Part shown: piece by piece, positions 38,590 to 53,298 of the stretch
How the letters are laid out: each line of letters begins with the position of its first letter
Numbering within the stretch: the stretch's first letter is position 1
Origin: Octopus vulgaris
Lineage: Eukaryota
NCBI GenBank assembly: GCA_951406725.2
Contig: OX597814.1
Span: 143,406,001-143,470,000, forward strand
Reading direction: 5' to 3'
DNA: 64,000 nt
The notes under the pieces: generated by a model
Database searches by the model: none
What the model saw: the letters and a program-made list of their open reading frames with translations, nothing else
Told to the model about the DNA's origin: nothing
Position numbers and translations under genes: made by a program

Positions 38590-39072
38590 TGGTCAAAACA
38601 TTGATGACGTCTCGTTCCGCTGGACTAGCCACCTAACAGGATACAGTCATGGATCAGATCTAATTTCAATCCGTCAAAAACAAGGATGACGTATTTCTTC
38701 CGTGGCCAAACTGTCGTTCTGCTTGGTTGGTTTCCTAACAGGATATATTCGTTGAGACTGAGTTTTGATTGGTTGGGAACTATATAACGTCAGTTATATG
38801 AATGCATATCACCACTATGAACTACTACATCATACTCTTTAAACATATAGCATGGACTCGCTTTACTATATATGATTTTTTTATGTTTGACTCTATTGAA
38901 TATTATATATGAATTTTTTATATTTGATAGCATGAACTATCTTTTTTATATATAATTTTTTTTTGATAAGGTTCGTCATTTCAAGAACCGAAACATGTTA
39001 AATAAATAATGTATATATAAAAATTAAAATTTGTCTAATATAGCAGCATTTTCAAACTTCATTTTTTACAAA
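38590..39072 (+). mobile_element. Penelope-like pLTR remnant between (TA)n arrays
   Basis: ATTGG plus TATATAA promoter-like motifs near 38768-38787; decayed hammerhead TTGATAA GGTTC..GAACC GAAAC AT GTT (38963-38999) followed by AATAAA. Confidence 0.5.
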
Positions 39073-39220
39073 TATATATATATATATATATAATTAATTA
39101 ATAAGGGTGAGAGAATTAGATACTAATTTAATAGTATATCTATTCAACACCAAGTGGCCTAGTGCTCCGAGAAACCTGGATTATTATAATATTTTATAAT
39201 ATATTATAATATTTTTACAA

Positions 39221-39308
39221 AATAAATATAAGAGAGTGGTCACTATATGGCTTTTGGATTAACTGGTGCTAGAGTGAGCCATATAGTGACCACTCTCTTA
39301 TATTTATT
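39221..39308. repeat. Perfect 32-bp inverted repeat abutting (TA)n
   Basis: AATAAATATAAGAGAGTGGTCACTATATGGCT (39221-39252) and its reverse complement (39277-39308). Confidence 0.95.
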
Positions 39309-39311
39309 ATT

Positions 39312-39921
<610 letters not shown>

Positions 39922-40983
39922 AAACCTCACTACTCATATTTTTACGCATGCATCATCCTCATTACAGAAGTGTTGTCCTAACCTACGGTTCTATAAGTCC
40001 AAACCTATTTTCCCATTGCCAGACAATTTACAACGAAGTCAATAAACGTTGAACTCAGTAGAAATATGCTTTGCGCTTCTGATGTCGAAATTAGGGCAAG
40101 CTTTTGTTTTATAACTATAACAGTCAAGTCGTTATAGTTATAGTTCTCGTAATAATGTGTGTATTATGGTAACCAGTATTATGGTTAACGTGTGCGTTTA
40201 CGAGCGATAAAGAAAATTAAGCGAGAGTAGACTCCTCTGAAGTGTCTGGTTAAAGAATAAAAGAAGTGAAACTGAAAAGACCAAAATAGTTTAAACCAGG
40301 CAGGGGAAACTGTACAGATTCAACCGGTGCGCTAACTAGAAATAACTGCTAAATCTCCTTCAAATTTCACGACTCTACTGTGTTAAAAGAGGGAGAGGGG
40401 AATCGGGAAATGTGATCCAAGGTAGAAAATGTCAGAAGTTAAAAATGATATAAAATATGCAGTAAAACATTTCGTCAGTCGCTCTGCCGAGTCGAACGAA
40501 CCGGTACGTTTTCTGAGAAAATAGTTCGGCTCTTAATGTGCCATTGTAAAATCAAACTAGAGAGAGACATAAATATTAATGCGCATCGAGTAAGTATTTG
40601 TGTGAATGTGTTTGTGTGTGTGTGCGAGCGCGCAAGTATTTGTGTGTGTGTGTGTGCGCGAGAGAGAAAGAGAGAGAAGGAGTAATGGGGCATGTTTTCT
40701 ATGTTTATGATGAGTTATTACCTGTGTAATAAATGTAGTTGGATTACTTCCAATACTTCCCACTACAGAAATAATCACGGCATGATTAAACTACATTCTT
40801 TCAGGTTCAGTTCCATTGAGTTCACCTTAGGCAAGTGTCTTCTACCATAGCGTCGGGTCCACCAAAGTATTCTGAGTAAATTAAGTAGACCGTGCTCTCT
40901 ACAAATTCAGACCGAATCTTCCGTATGTTGACATGTACATCCTTATAACAATGTAAATTTCATTTAATCTAGATACCCTTGCC

Positions 40984-41061
40984 CTGAGGAATAGTCTGTG
41001 GTATACACTTCACTTCGATATCTACCACTTTCGAGGTTCCGCTTACTATGAAACATATGTA
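40984..41061 (+). ncRNA. Hammerhead-like motif
   Basis: CTGAGGA / ATAGT..ACTAT stem II / GAAA C-ATAT-G TA; ACATATGT palindrome; stem I weak. Confidence 0.55.
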
Positions 41062-41094
41062 GCCTGGATAATATCTTCACCATTCTTTAACTCT

Positions 41095-41154
<60 letters not shown>

Positions 41155-41196
41155 TTTAAGGAATGGTGAAGATATTATCCGGGCTACATATATATA

Positions 41197-41491
41197 TCAC
41201 CGTGATCACCGTGACCGACCAGGCTATCAGATGTTGCTGCACATCGCTGGTCACAATGCGCTTCGCATTGTTTTAGCCTTCAAATGACGCTAAGCGAGCA
41301 GGTCAACAGAAGAAAGAGTTAGAGAAAGCTGTGGTGAAAGAGTACAACAGGGCTCACCACCACCCCCTGCCGGAGCCTCATGGAGCTTTAGGTGTTTTCG
41401 CTCAATAAACACTCACAACGCCCGGTCTGGGAATCGAAACCGCGATCCTACAACCTGAGTCTGCTGCCCTAACCACTAGGCCATTGCACCT

Positions 41492-41493
<2 letters not shown>
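41197..41493 (-). mobile_element. tRNA-derived SINE (family D)
   Basis: Minus strand A box TGGCCTAGTGG, B box GGTTTCGATTCC, 3' tail (TCACGGTGA)2. Confidence 0.85.
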
Positions 41494-41581
<88 letters not shown>

Positions 41582-41590
41582 CTGGAGGTT

Positions 41591-41624
<34 letters not shown>

Positions 41625-44600
41625 GGAGGCGCAATATATATATATATATATATATATTGTATTAATTAATAAAAGTGTATGTGGCATTAGTAGAAAAACG
41701 TGGTTTTACATGAAGGATATGTCGTACTACTCAAAGGTTCTATTATATTAGTTGAGTGATACGTTGTATTAGTTGAATTGTATTTAGTTTCAGTTGAAGG
41801 GTACATCGTAATAGACGAAACCTATGTAGCATTAGCTGAAGGTTATGTAGTATGTGTCGAGTGATATACAGTAATTTATCGAAGGTTTTTCGTCGATGGA
41901 TAAGCTTTATTGGTCAAAAGATATATCAGAAGATGTAAAGTTTTATTCGGCAGACATGTTAAAATATGGCAACTGAAAAAGCTCGTCTAGTGCAACATTC
42001 GATTTGCTGTATAGTTTATTAAACACAATACCGAAAGGTCAATAATGCGATTGAAGTGTGTCGATTGTTTTCCTAGAAGAAAGGTCACTGTTTGCAGATA
42101 AAGCAATATTATTCAATTCAATTAACAGCAGTTTTTTTCCTCTCTACTGAATGTTTTTTTATATGCTTGCTTTATTTTCGTTGCATGAAAAGCAAAGACG
42201 ATCCTGTGAGATTTCTGCAAGACAAAAGCATTCAACTCTAACGCAAAAACGTTGCTGTTAACTCACCACTTTCAATGAAAGCATTAACATTAAAAATTAT
42301 TGTACTCGTGCATTTGTGAATAAACATGTATGCGATTCCGTAAATGTTTGTGTCCGCATTTATGGCGCGCACGTGTGTGTATGAATACATGTATACAGGG
42401 GGAGCTCTTGCAGTTAATGACATATACATAAGCCTAAAAACGGCTATAAAATATATTCAAAAAATTGTTGTTATATCCATATCAATTAACATGTGAAGAT
42501 CAATATCGGAAATAAATATGTTTGCCATATTATATAATGGTAAAAAGTATGTGTGTACATATATATATATATACATGTGTGTGTGTGTGTGTGTATAGCG
42601 GTTGCGTGTTTGTACATATATGAATATAAGTTTGTGACCATGCATATGTGTTGTCTAATAATTCCAAGCATTTAGGTACTCAACAGGAGAAACAGCAAAT
42701 ATGCGAGTCAGTGATAGACCATTTAGATGGCTGTTCTAGAAATAGCAGTTCGCGTTCTAGAAATAGCAGTCAAATTCCCATCAAACCACATATTTGTGTC
42801 TTAAGAAAGAAAAACACTTGGGAAGAGCATCTGAGATAGAATCCTTTCTAGATAAAGGTCTGAAAACAAGATGAGATGGTCATGACTGGAACGCTTCGCT
42901 CATAGATTTGTTTCATCAGAACTGACCCGAGGCTCAACAATAATGACAACGTCAAAAGTAAGAGATTAAACGGAAGTACTACAGAAAAAAGACAAAACAT
43001 AACAGAATAAATTTGATTTGATTCGAGAATACGATAAATCTCAACTTTTACTTGATATGTCAAACCTGTCATAAAAGCAACGCCAGAGTGTCTTTTACGG
43101 ATTAAACTCTTTCGTTGTATAAATTTTTCTCTCTGCTTCGCAGAATACTTTTACTCATTATTCGAGCTGAATCAAGATGTTTCTCTTAACTAGCACTCAT
43201 AAAAGTGAAGTTAATGAATGTATGGCACATTTTATTTCTCAACTTCCCAATGCCTGAAAACTCATCTATAAAACTCGTCTATAAAACGCTCTTTATCTTT
43301 TCACCTGTCTTTCCCGGAATGGCATGACAAAAGCCAGTAGGAAACCTTGTTAGGTCATAATGCATAAATTGAGAGTGGGTAAGAAGCGAAGTTAGAATCG
43401 TTTCTCCATAACACTTTCATATGATTATGGCCATTTTGCAACCTTCATCGTGTAGTATTAATTTCAGTATGCATTTTTACGTACATGTTTGCGTCAGTAT
43501 GTATTTTTTCTTTATAGTTTCAGCTCTGAGCTGCGGCCATGCTGATGCAGCGCTGTTTCTGTTTAGTGTTGTAAAATACACTTGTCGATTAAAAAATTAA
43601 TGCAAATAAAGCATCCCAACTCATCAAATCACCGGAGCATCAACTCTATTTGAACTGTAGGTGCAGCTATCAACGGACTTTCACTTCAAGAAATTCGGCC
43701 AAATGATTGTTGTTGCTCTGAGCAAACGTTTCGACCCTATTTGCGAGTTTTATATCTATGTTACTTTTCTTTAAGACATTCTTAGTGAAACTCCTCAATT
43801 GTAGTGCCACTGACAGCTTTATATCACTGGCATTCCATCCACTCTGATCTCCCTCAGAATTCGGTATTGACTCATTTGTATATATTAAGAGCTTTAATGC
43901 TGTCACTTCTAACAAAATCCTCTCCAACGCAGATGATATCACCTTTTACTGAAATTAAACTATTTTACGTTGCATTGGTACCCCTCCACTTGCAACCTAG
44001 ATACCTCAGGCCAGATTTCAAAAGCTATCATTTAGATATACCTTGAACAATTCTATAAAGCCTTCAAGATCACCTAATCTTCAATGGTATCGAGTAAAAA
44101 CTGCTATACATATTACTTAAACAACTCTTGAACAATTCTTTATAGAAACAATTATAAGAAAATCTACTTTCACTTTAACTGTTTAACTAGTCTCACAATT
44201 CTTTGACGAGCTTTTGTGGTTGCTTCTCTGTTTGTCAGTGCTGGACACACATCTGCACATGTATGTACTGGCGTGCGCAGATTTTTTTGAAGAAGACTAG
44301 TAGTTGCCCACGCATACACGTCTCCCCTACCTACGCTATTCAGGGGAAAAAGTGCCGATTTAGGTTAATACAACTTGATTATAGCGTTGTTGTACGTGTC
44401 GCTATTACAAAGCAAAAAGCAACAGCCGATGCCGCATGATGTCACGTCCAACTCTCTAAGAGTTCTGCGTGTAAGTTTCTCCAACACACTAACGACTCTG
44501 CCAGTTTGCCGCCAATCTCTTCCAGAGACCTTACATATGGATCATTATTAAAAGTACATCCTGAAGAGTAGACTACCTATCTGTCTAATGTTCGACACTC

Positions 44601-46589
44601 ATAAACTGTTGAGTCTCTACTGAGTCTCTATAAACATCAAAGGTGAGTCGCTAATCACTACTGATTACAGCCGCTAAATATACATGCCCCATTGATTGCT
44701 TCTGAATAAAAAAAGTCATCTGGCAAATTTACAAAGATTTACTTAGCGAATCATTGCAAGCACCAACTCACACAAGCATTTTTTTGTTTCTTTCTGTCAT
44801 TATTTTCTACAGCTACTATGAAAGTTTTGTGCCTCTAAACTAGCATGCGTGTACCGTTTCCGCATAAGCTAACCATATTCACCTACCCACTCTCTTCCAG
44901 CAATTTCTACTGTTTCCAGTCATAAAATCTATATTAATTTAATCCTTCCTCTTCAGAAATACCATGAAGTATATCATATCCATGTTTTTCTAACACAAAA
45001 TCGAGTTTTTCCCACACAGGTATTCACTTTTATAGATTTTACCAGCTTCGGAGAACTTAAAAATATCATTAGCACCGATACTAGTTTTTTAATTATATTT
45101 ATGTTATCTTTATATATTATTTTTTTGCAAGATTCTTAATGTGAAATCGTGTATTGAAACAGATATTTCGCACTATATATTCATTCTTCTTTTCAGATTT
45201 GTTATTGTTGTAATTTTATGTCGTGGGATGGAGAGTCACTGAAGAGGTCACAGAATGTGTGCCGAAAGATGTCCAAACAAAGGACATAAAATAAGAACAA
45301 TAATTAATCTGAAGTGAAGAACGAATATATAGTCCGTGTGTTTATTAAGCAAAAACAATGACCGTCCCGAAATATAACAATATTTATATTATCGTATGAG
45401 ATATATGTTAAAGACAACGGGTAAATATTTTAATTATATTTCTAACATAAATATCCAAGAATGGGAACAGTTTCATGCAGTTTCCATCTACAAAAGTACT
45501 TCAACACACAAGGCTTTGGTTAGCTCAACGCTATGGTAAATGTTTGTCCCAGGTACCGTGTAACAGAATCGAACCTTAAACCACATATCTGCGAATATAT
45601 CTAAATCACGAGTGACCATGTCAGTGACCATGTGCATATGTGCGTAAAATAGAAAAAGAGAGCGGGGTTGGGGGAAACAGCTGAAGACAGTTTCGTTTAA
45701 AACACAATTGTACAACTTTCATTCATTAAAATGCACATTTTCATTTTACGCTTTTCGTATAATACCTCTATCTACATTGTCGAAATTGAACTCCATTATA
45801 TTGACAATCTATTGATGTACTGTCCATAGAGTATTACATTTTCTTATTGTATTGATAAATGTCAACTCAAACTTGTCCGACGTATTTCCTATTCTCTTGT
45901 CAGCATGCAATCATCTGAAGAGAGAACAAAAACGAGGAAATACACTAAATCAGATCAAATTGACTTGGAGCTTTTTGTCGGTGGTTGTAGACATTATTGA
46001 TATTGTATTTGCTCCTATTCTTGGTGTATTCTCATCACAGCCACAATTACTACGAAATAGAATAAGTAAATTTTGTCAGAATGCGAGTCAGTTAAATCGT
46101 TAAATCTTCGGAATTCCTTACTACTGACAAGATAATTCCTCATGATATAAGCCCATTGATATTCAATTTTGAAGGAAGAAAAAGTAAGAAATTCGCTATG
46201 CGGAATGCTTATAGTAAAAACATTAGGAGAACAGTTTCAAGGAAGCGTGCTAAGCATTAATGACAGCATTAAAGAAACGTGTAGATAATCTGTCAGGAGA
46301 ATCTAATAAATGTAAATGATAAAACTAAAGAAAAAGTCAAATTAATCTTTAATCATTACACGGAATGTATTTTTTTCGATATCACAAATAAATGAACAAA
46401 AGAAAAAGAATACAATGTAATATCAATAACGATTTCTAACTTCAGTACAATGCCAAAAATTATGGGGTACAGTATACTCGATTAAATTGACGCCAGTTCT
46501 TAACTGGTATTTACGTCAGACAGAAGTGTAAGAGCGTGTAACTAAAGCATTACGGTTGAGAAGCCAATACTTATAAGCAGTATGGAGAA

Positions 46590-46960
46590 GAGAACTGTAT
46601 AAATGAAGCTATTGTATTCCATGTTGTGGAAAATGGAGTCAGCCAAGTTGCATTCTCTCCTGAGAATGCTGTATGATGTGCTTGCAGCTTCGGTAAATGT
46701 TAACCCAAAAAATGGCGTGACACTGCTGCCACCAATGAGAAAATGTATATCGTTGGAAATAATACTGTATTGTATTTTTATCGCTTGGTCTTAAGGATAG
46801 GCAGTGCCTTTGGCTTTGGCTTCCAAGACGGGTAGGACAGAGGAGTGTATCATCAATCAGAGACTTGTTCTGAATGCTTGCAGCAGAATGGACTCTGCAA
46901 AAGGCATTCATTAACCAGGTTGTAGTTTTAAACCAAGGAACGGAGTAAATCTATTACTCA
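46590..46960 (+). mobile_element. Degraded RLE-LINE fragment (HERO/NeSL-like)
   Basis: KLLYSMLWKMESAKLHSLLRMLYDVL resembles the LWxMExxRISFLIxSxYDxLP motif found upstream of the CCHC knuckle in such elements (from recall). Confidence 0.4.
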
Positions 46961-49104
46961 AATACATTACTGCAGGATCTGTGATGTATTTGAATAAAAC
47001 GAAAAGATCAGCGACAAATAAGGTAAGGAATGTCGTCCGACTCTCTAGAAATACCGTTAATGTTCCATCCTTGACTAATACTTTATTTATTGACCCCAGA
47101 AGGAAGCAAAGCAAAGCTAACACCTGTGGAATTTGTCCGCATGAAACCATAAGAAAGAACGTATGAAACCATAAGAAATAAAACTTTGTATTAATACCGA
47201 TGCTTTAACGCGTCTATCAATATGCACACATAAGCAATCCCTAGTAGATTATACCTGTTGTTATCACCAAATCATAAAAATGTTCATTCTTGCAAGCCGT
47301 ATGTGAAATACAATATCAATGCATCGGGAAGATAAAAGGCAAGGCTGAGTCGCGCGTGATTTAAACTATCGATGTAAGATGGAAGAAGTAAATGCCTAAC
47401 ACAAAGTATTTGTAAGGCTGTTATGTTTAGCAGGTCGAGCGACCACGTTTAGCCCTCTGCGTTGGTTTCGCAAATAATATCTACAAGCATAAGAACACGT
47501 GGAATGGCATTGACTCTGAACATAATTGGTATTTATTCTATCGACTATTAATAGCAATGAAAATGAAAAAGTCACAAGCCGTAATTCTAATTACTAAGCG
47601 ATGTTTTAAACAATAGCTAGAATTTTAAATAAAAGAAACCTATGAATAAAATTCGCTGAAAAAAACTGAAGAGCATTCGAAATGTCAAAATTTAAAAACG
47701 AAAAGAAATAGATGTAAAATAACGCTTAATCTGAGCCTACAGACTGTAAAAGAAAAAAAGAATAGAATTCCATTAATTTCTATTCATATCAATATTGAAA
47801 ATGTCGCAAATGTGGCGGACAGATTTAGCGATACTTCAGTTATCTACAAGTGTATATGTAAAACGAATATAGAAACATGAAGTTCGGTTCTAATCGATTA
47901 GGATTATTTCCTGAATGTAATTTTGTAACAGATTATTAAAGTAATTAAACAAAACAATCATGATTATTTCATTAAAGATAATGTTTCCAATCTGGCCTAA
48001 AGATGTCTAAGCGCTAAATAACGTTTCTTATTGCTTTTACACTACCAAATGTACTTACAACGATCTTCATATTACTATAAACACAGAGATATAAACACAG
48101 ACCTTCCTTTCTTTACAACATCAACAAATATGTTAAGACCCAGCAATTGTTAGCACCATAAAAGGCCAAATAATGCTTAAGTATGGAGCCATTCAAATGT
48201 TGCATTCTCTTTACGACCGTTATCTCGGGAGTTTATTAAAACAAAATGCCATCTGTTTGATTGATAAATTTCAATCATGCACTTGTCTTTTCCTTTTCTA
48301 TCTTTTCGTTTTTTTTTAAACCGCCATTAAAATGTATTAAATGTACAGACACTATCGTATATTTATTTAAGCTATCTAGTGAAAATGATACCACCGTGTC
48401 CCCCACTTTTATTATGACTTTCTCCAAGACAGTAGACTAAACAACCTAAGAAATATGTTCCCTACAAAAGGCCATCTTACAAATAGAGTTTCAGTATTTC
48501 AAATCTAATACAGTCACTTTAATCTAGCTCTTTGGTTCTCCGATATCTTCAGTTAATACTCAACGTAATAAAAAGTACAACCAGCCGCCACTTGAAGTGC
48601 GTATGGCTTAGTAAACATGTGCTCCTCTTTTGCTAATTGTTTTGGGTGTTATTGTAGAATGTAATTGGGAACAGATATAGGCACACTCACGGGCCTCTCA
48701 CGCTTGACATTGCAAAACATCCAGGATGTGGCTGAAACCTGGAAGAACAGAATTGCACCAGCATCCGGGTACTAATGCGAAATGATCTATTTTTTTCAAG
48801 GCTACAATCTGACACTTGGTGCATGGATTGCGAGCCGAATGCTCTAACAACTAGGCTACGAACCTATTTTGAATGAAATAAAAATGTACATAAATGTTCT
48901 ACAGAAGATCCTTTATTTCTTGACGGCAATTACGTCCATAGCTTTCCAAGTTTATCGAGGACTTTATTAACCATAAGTGGCTCTTTACAACCAAGTGTTC
49001 GCTGATAGCTTATATTTTCACAATTCACTCATATGGCCAAAAAGTATTGATATATGGCATTTCTAGAATTAAATTCCTAATATGAACATTATTTCTAATT
49101 TTTA

Positions 49105-49522
49105 AGGCAGCGACCTGGCAGATTCGTTATCGCCCCAGACAAAAATGCTTAGCGGCATTTCATCCGTGTCTATGTTCTGCGTTCAAATGTTGACTATACC
49201 TTTCATCTTTTGGGGTCGACAAAATGAGTACCAGTTGAACACTGGGGTCTATGTAATCGATATACCTCTTCCCTCAAAATTACTAGCCCTATCCAAAATT
49301 TAAAATTAATATTATTTCTAATTTTGGCACAAGGCAAGTCATTAGAGGAGGGGGCTTAGTTGATTATATCAAACTTCAATACGTAACTGATATGTAATTA
49401 TCACCCTCTGAAAGGATGAAAGACAACGTCAGTCGCGGTGGAATTTAAACCCAGAAGGTAATGAACCAGAAGCGATGCTAAGAATTTTGTTCAACTAGGT
49501 AACGATTCTTCCAGCTCGCCGT
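49105..49522. mobile_element. Two family A SINEs, tail-to-tail
   Basis: Plus copy 49105-49305 and minus copy 49315-49522. Confidence 0.75.
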
Positions 49523-50256
49523 TTTATTCTTAAGGTTAACATTCAAGTCTTTGATATAGAAAATATTTTCCTTCATAAATCATCATTTAAATTATTGAAA
49601 TACTAGGAAGTAAACGCCATTAATCAAAATATTAAACGAAACGTACAATGTATACACAAAACTTTATATAAAACTACTTTAAACGCATTTATGTTTGAAG
49701 CAACAATGGAAAATTTCTCGGAAAAACATGTTCTTTCGGCATCACCCAAATAACGAAAAGCAGAAAATCTATTTCTAGAACTTAAAAAATCAAGGATTGT
49801 GTTTTCCAAGCCATGTATTACTGGGGAAATGAAAATAAATAGACCTTTACTCTGACTACAAGACCCGTTGCAAACATAGTATGTTTTTTTTAATCATTTT
49901 AATTTTTTATTTGTTTCAGTCGTTTGACTACAGCCATAGTGGAGCACCACCTTTAAAAATTGAAGCAGTCCAGCTACCGGATGCCGGAACCATGGATTGA
50001 ACCATGGACCTTTAGTCTAACGCTCCCCCATTTGAACTATTTCGGTTGTTTACTTAATTCCTTTTCACTAAATGTTGTTTGTATTGATGGTGGATTAGAA
50101 TATAGAAAAATCAAGTGTGTTTGGGAGCAGGCCGATACTTCGAAGTTACTCTCGTCCTTCTTTTAAAAGTATGATAACTAAGTTCTCCACAAAATTATTA
50201 ATTATTCAGTTTAATGTGAAACTGTTTTTAATTATAACTCGACAGAGAACCGAATA

Positions 50257-50323
<67 letters not shown>

Positions 50324-50332
<9 letters not shown>

Positions 50333-50822
50333 GTGTGAGTGTCTGTCCCCTTCGATTTAGATTCCTAACTACTCCCACATTTTGCGGTGCAGTTTAACCA
50401 AATTCGGGTATCTTATAGTCGTGATTCATATCGAGCCCGTCTGAGTATTAGCGCGCGTCTACGATGAGTCTACGATTTTAAAAATAATTTAACATCATTT
50501 TTTATTCCATTTTAATGCATAATTTTTCGTGTGTCGATGGCGGCGGAGTTGGCGTCCATGGTCTCACCTGCACCTGTTTGCTTCTCCCTCTTCTTCCCTC
50601 CCTCGTGAAGATGTGGGGAAGGGAGTGTAAGGAAATCAACGTCGTAAAGCGTTGTCAAGGAGACCAGCGTTCTTTTAGAACAACGACTTCATGGCTTGAA
50701 GACACCAAAACAGAAATGGCTAAGAAAGCCCGAATTGGCATCTATAAGGGAAGTAACTCTCTAAAAATGCTTATATAGTTATTTCCCTTACAAACCCGAG
50801 CAACGCCGGGCGATACTGCTAG
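50324..50822 (+). mobile_element. Non-autonomous Helitron in (TA)n
   Basis: 3' hairpin CCCGAGCAACGCCGGG (50795-50810), 8 nt, then CTAG|T; (TA)n on both sides. Confidence 0.75.
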
Positions 50823-50853
<31 letters not shown>

Positions 50854-50864
50854 GTATGTATTTT

Positions 50865-51065
50865 TTATTCTTTTACTTGTTTCAGTCATCTGACTGCGGC
50901 CATGCTGGAGCATCACCTTTAGTCGAACAAATTGACCCCAGGACTTAGTCTTTGTAAGTCTAGTACTAATTCTATCGATCTTTTTTGCTGAACCGCTAAG
51001 TAACAGGGACGTAAACATACCAACATCGATTGGCAAGCGATGGTGGGGGGGACAAACACAGCCAT

Positions 51066-51143
<78 letters not shown>

Positions 51144-51330
51144 GATATATATATATATATATACGATGGGCTTCTTTCAGTTTCCATCTACCAAATCCAC
51201 TCACAAACCTTTGATCGACCCGAGACTATAGTAGAAGACACCTGCCCAAGGTGCCATCTGAAGTCGGGACTGAACTCGGAACCATGTGGTTGGGAAGCAA
51301 GCTTCTTACGACATGGACACTCTTGTACCT
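50865..51330 (-). mobile_element. CORE-type SINE (family B), followed by a deleted copy at 51345-51565
   Basis: Reverse-complement homology to 35433-35805, including the internal microsatellite. Confidence 0.85.
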
Positions 51331-51809
51331 ATTTATAAATATTTTATTCTTCTATTCTTTTACTTGCTTCAGTCATTTGACTGCGGCCATGCTGGAGCAC
51401 CCCAGACGAACAAATCCACCCCAGGACTTATTCTTTGTAAGCCTAATACTTATTCTATCGGTTTCTTTTTGCCGAACCTCTATAGTAGAAGACACTTGCC
51501 TAAGGTGCCAAACAGTGGAACCATGTTGTTGAGAAACAAGCTTTTTACCACACATCCACTCCTGAGCCTAATTACACGCTCATGTTGATCATGTCTCCTC
51601 CGTTTACCTAACGAACTTTTACGGATTCTCTACCTGGACTTTCTACTCTCGTACACTTCAGCTGCACCTCTCCTGCACATGGATTACACTGCACTCCTCT
51701 GTTGATGAGAAATTGCTTCAATACACCACGACTTTCGAAGGTTTTGAACCTTTTGAATTTTTCGTAACTTTTTTATACTTTCTAAACTTTTTTGTACTTT
51801 CTGCTTTTT

Positions 51810-51970
51810 AGCCACTACACATTCTTTATTTTCTCTCCTTGTTTCTTTCTGTGAACCTTTCTGTGGAGGAGCGTAGGCTCGAAACGTTAAAGACTTTTTC
51901 ATTTCCCGAGCATTATACTAATATATCTGTTTCTTGTCTACACCACCTGTCTTCGTCTTTTGTTTATTCT

Positions 51971-51973
<3 letters not shown>
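51810..51973 (+). mobile_element. Solo Penelope-like 3' pLTR fragment ending in (TA)n
   Basis: Homologous to 35830-36020; hammerhead-like motif at 51856-51893. Confidence 0.8.
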
Positions 51974-52051
<78 letters not shown>

Positions 52052-52458
52052 GGGAATACGAATTTCCAAATCAATCAGGTACAACCCTTTAGCAGTATAT
52101 GCATCTGCATATCGTACAGAGGGCTCTCAATTATCATTTATTTATATATTTATCTAGAAGTGTACAAAATATATAATAGAAATCAATAATAATTCAGTTT
52201 TGGGGATTAATAGATATGCGGTATTCTGTTTCAGATAATACAAAAAAATAACCTAATGAGTATATCTGAAGGTAAACCCATGGTATCTATTTGCACATCA
52301 CGAAATAATACTTTAAAGGATATAACCAGTAGACCTGCAGGGTATAAAATATATTTACTTAATTATCTCTTATTTAAGTTAAAATTTAAATTATCAGTTA
52401 TGAAGGAAGTACACGTGTTTCAGTATTTGAAAAATATAATATATACGCATATACATAC

Positions 52459-52625
<167 letters not shown>

Positions 52626-52667
52626 CATGTAATCATCATATTTACAATTCTACCAACATATCTTTAG

Positions 52668-53298
52668 GTTCTATTTCAAAATATTGTTAATCTAATTTTA
52701 CATCACCTTAAAATTAAGTGTTAAATTAAACACTACATTACACTTTAAAAATTATACTTTATAAAGTTAAGAATTAAAAATTATAAATTATAAATTATAC
52801 ATTATAGATATGAATTAGTATACATATATCAAACTTATAAAGTCAAGTATATAATGAGAAATACAAAATATAAGATATAAACTATACATCAGAATAAAAA
52901 TATTTGTGATTAAAAGCGAAAAATAAAATAAAAAGTGCAAATACATATCCTCCTATGGTGGAACCAAGATGTCTTTCAAAATGGTGATTAGAGGAAAGAC
53001 ATCTTGGTTCTACCATAGGAGGATATGTATTTGCACTTTTATGTTATTTTTCACTTTTAATCACAGACATTTTTATTCTGATGTATATTTTATATCTTAT
53101 ATTTTGTATTTGACATTATATACTTGACTTTAATATATGTATACTAATTCATCTTTATTATGTATAATCTATAATTTACAAATAATTCTTAACTTTATGA
53201 AGTATAATTTTTAATCTTTATTGTTTAATTTAATATTTAATTTAACACTTAATTTTAAGGTGGTGTAAAATTAGATTAACAATATTCTGAAATAGAAC
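52668..53298. repeat. Long imperfect inverted repeat (about 310-bp arms, 16-nt spacer)
   Basis: 52668-52977 vs 52994-53298; inner arms are nearly perfect (GCAAATACATATCCTCCTATGGT.GAACCAAGATGTCTTTC). Confidence 0.95.

Noticed and set aside
41420-41493. tRNA gene
   Set aside because: A and B boxes are present, but the sequence continues into a SINE body and tail, so it is a tRNA-derived head.
43670-43942. 90-aa minus-strand ORF in unique-looking sequence
   Set aside because: No recognisable motif or splice support; may be a decayed transposon but cannot be assigned.
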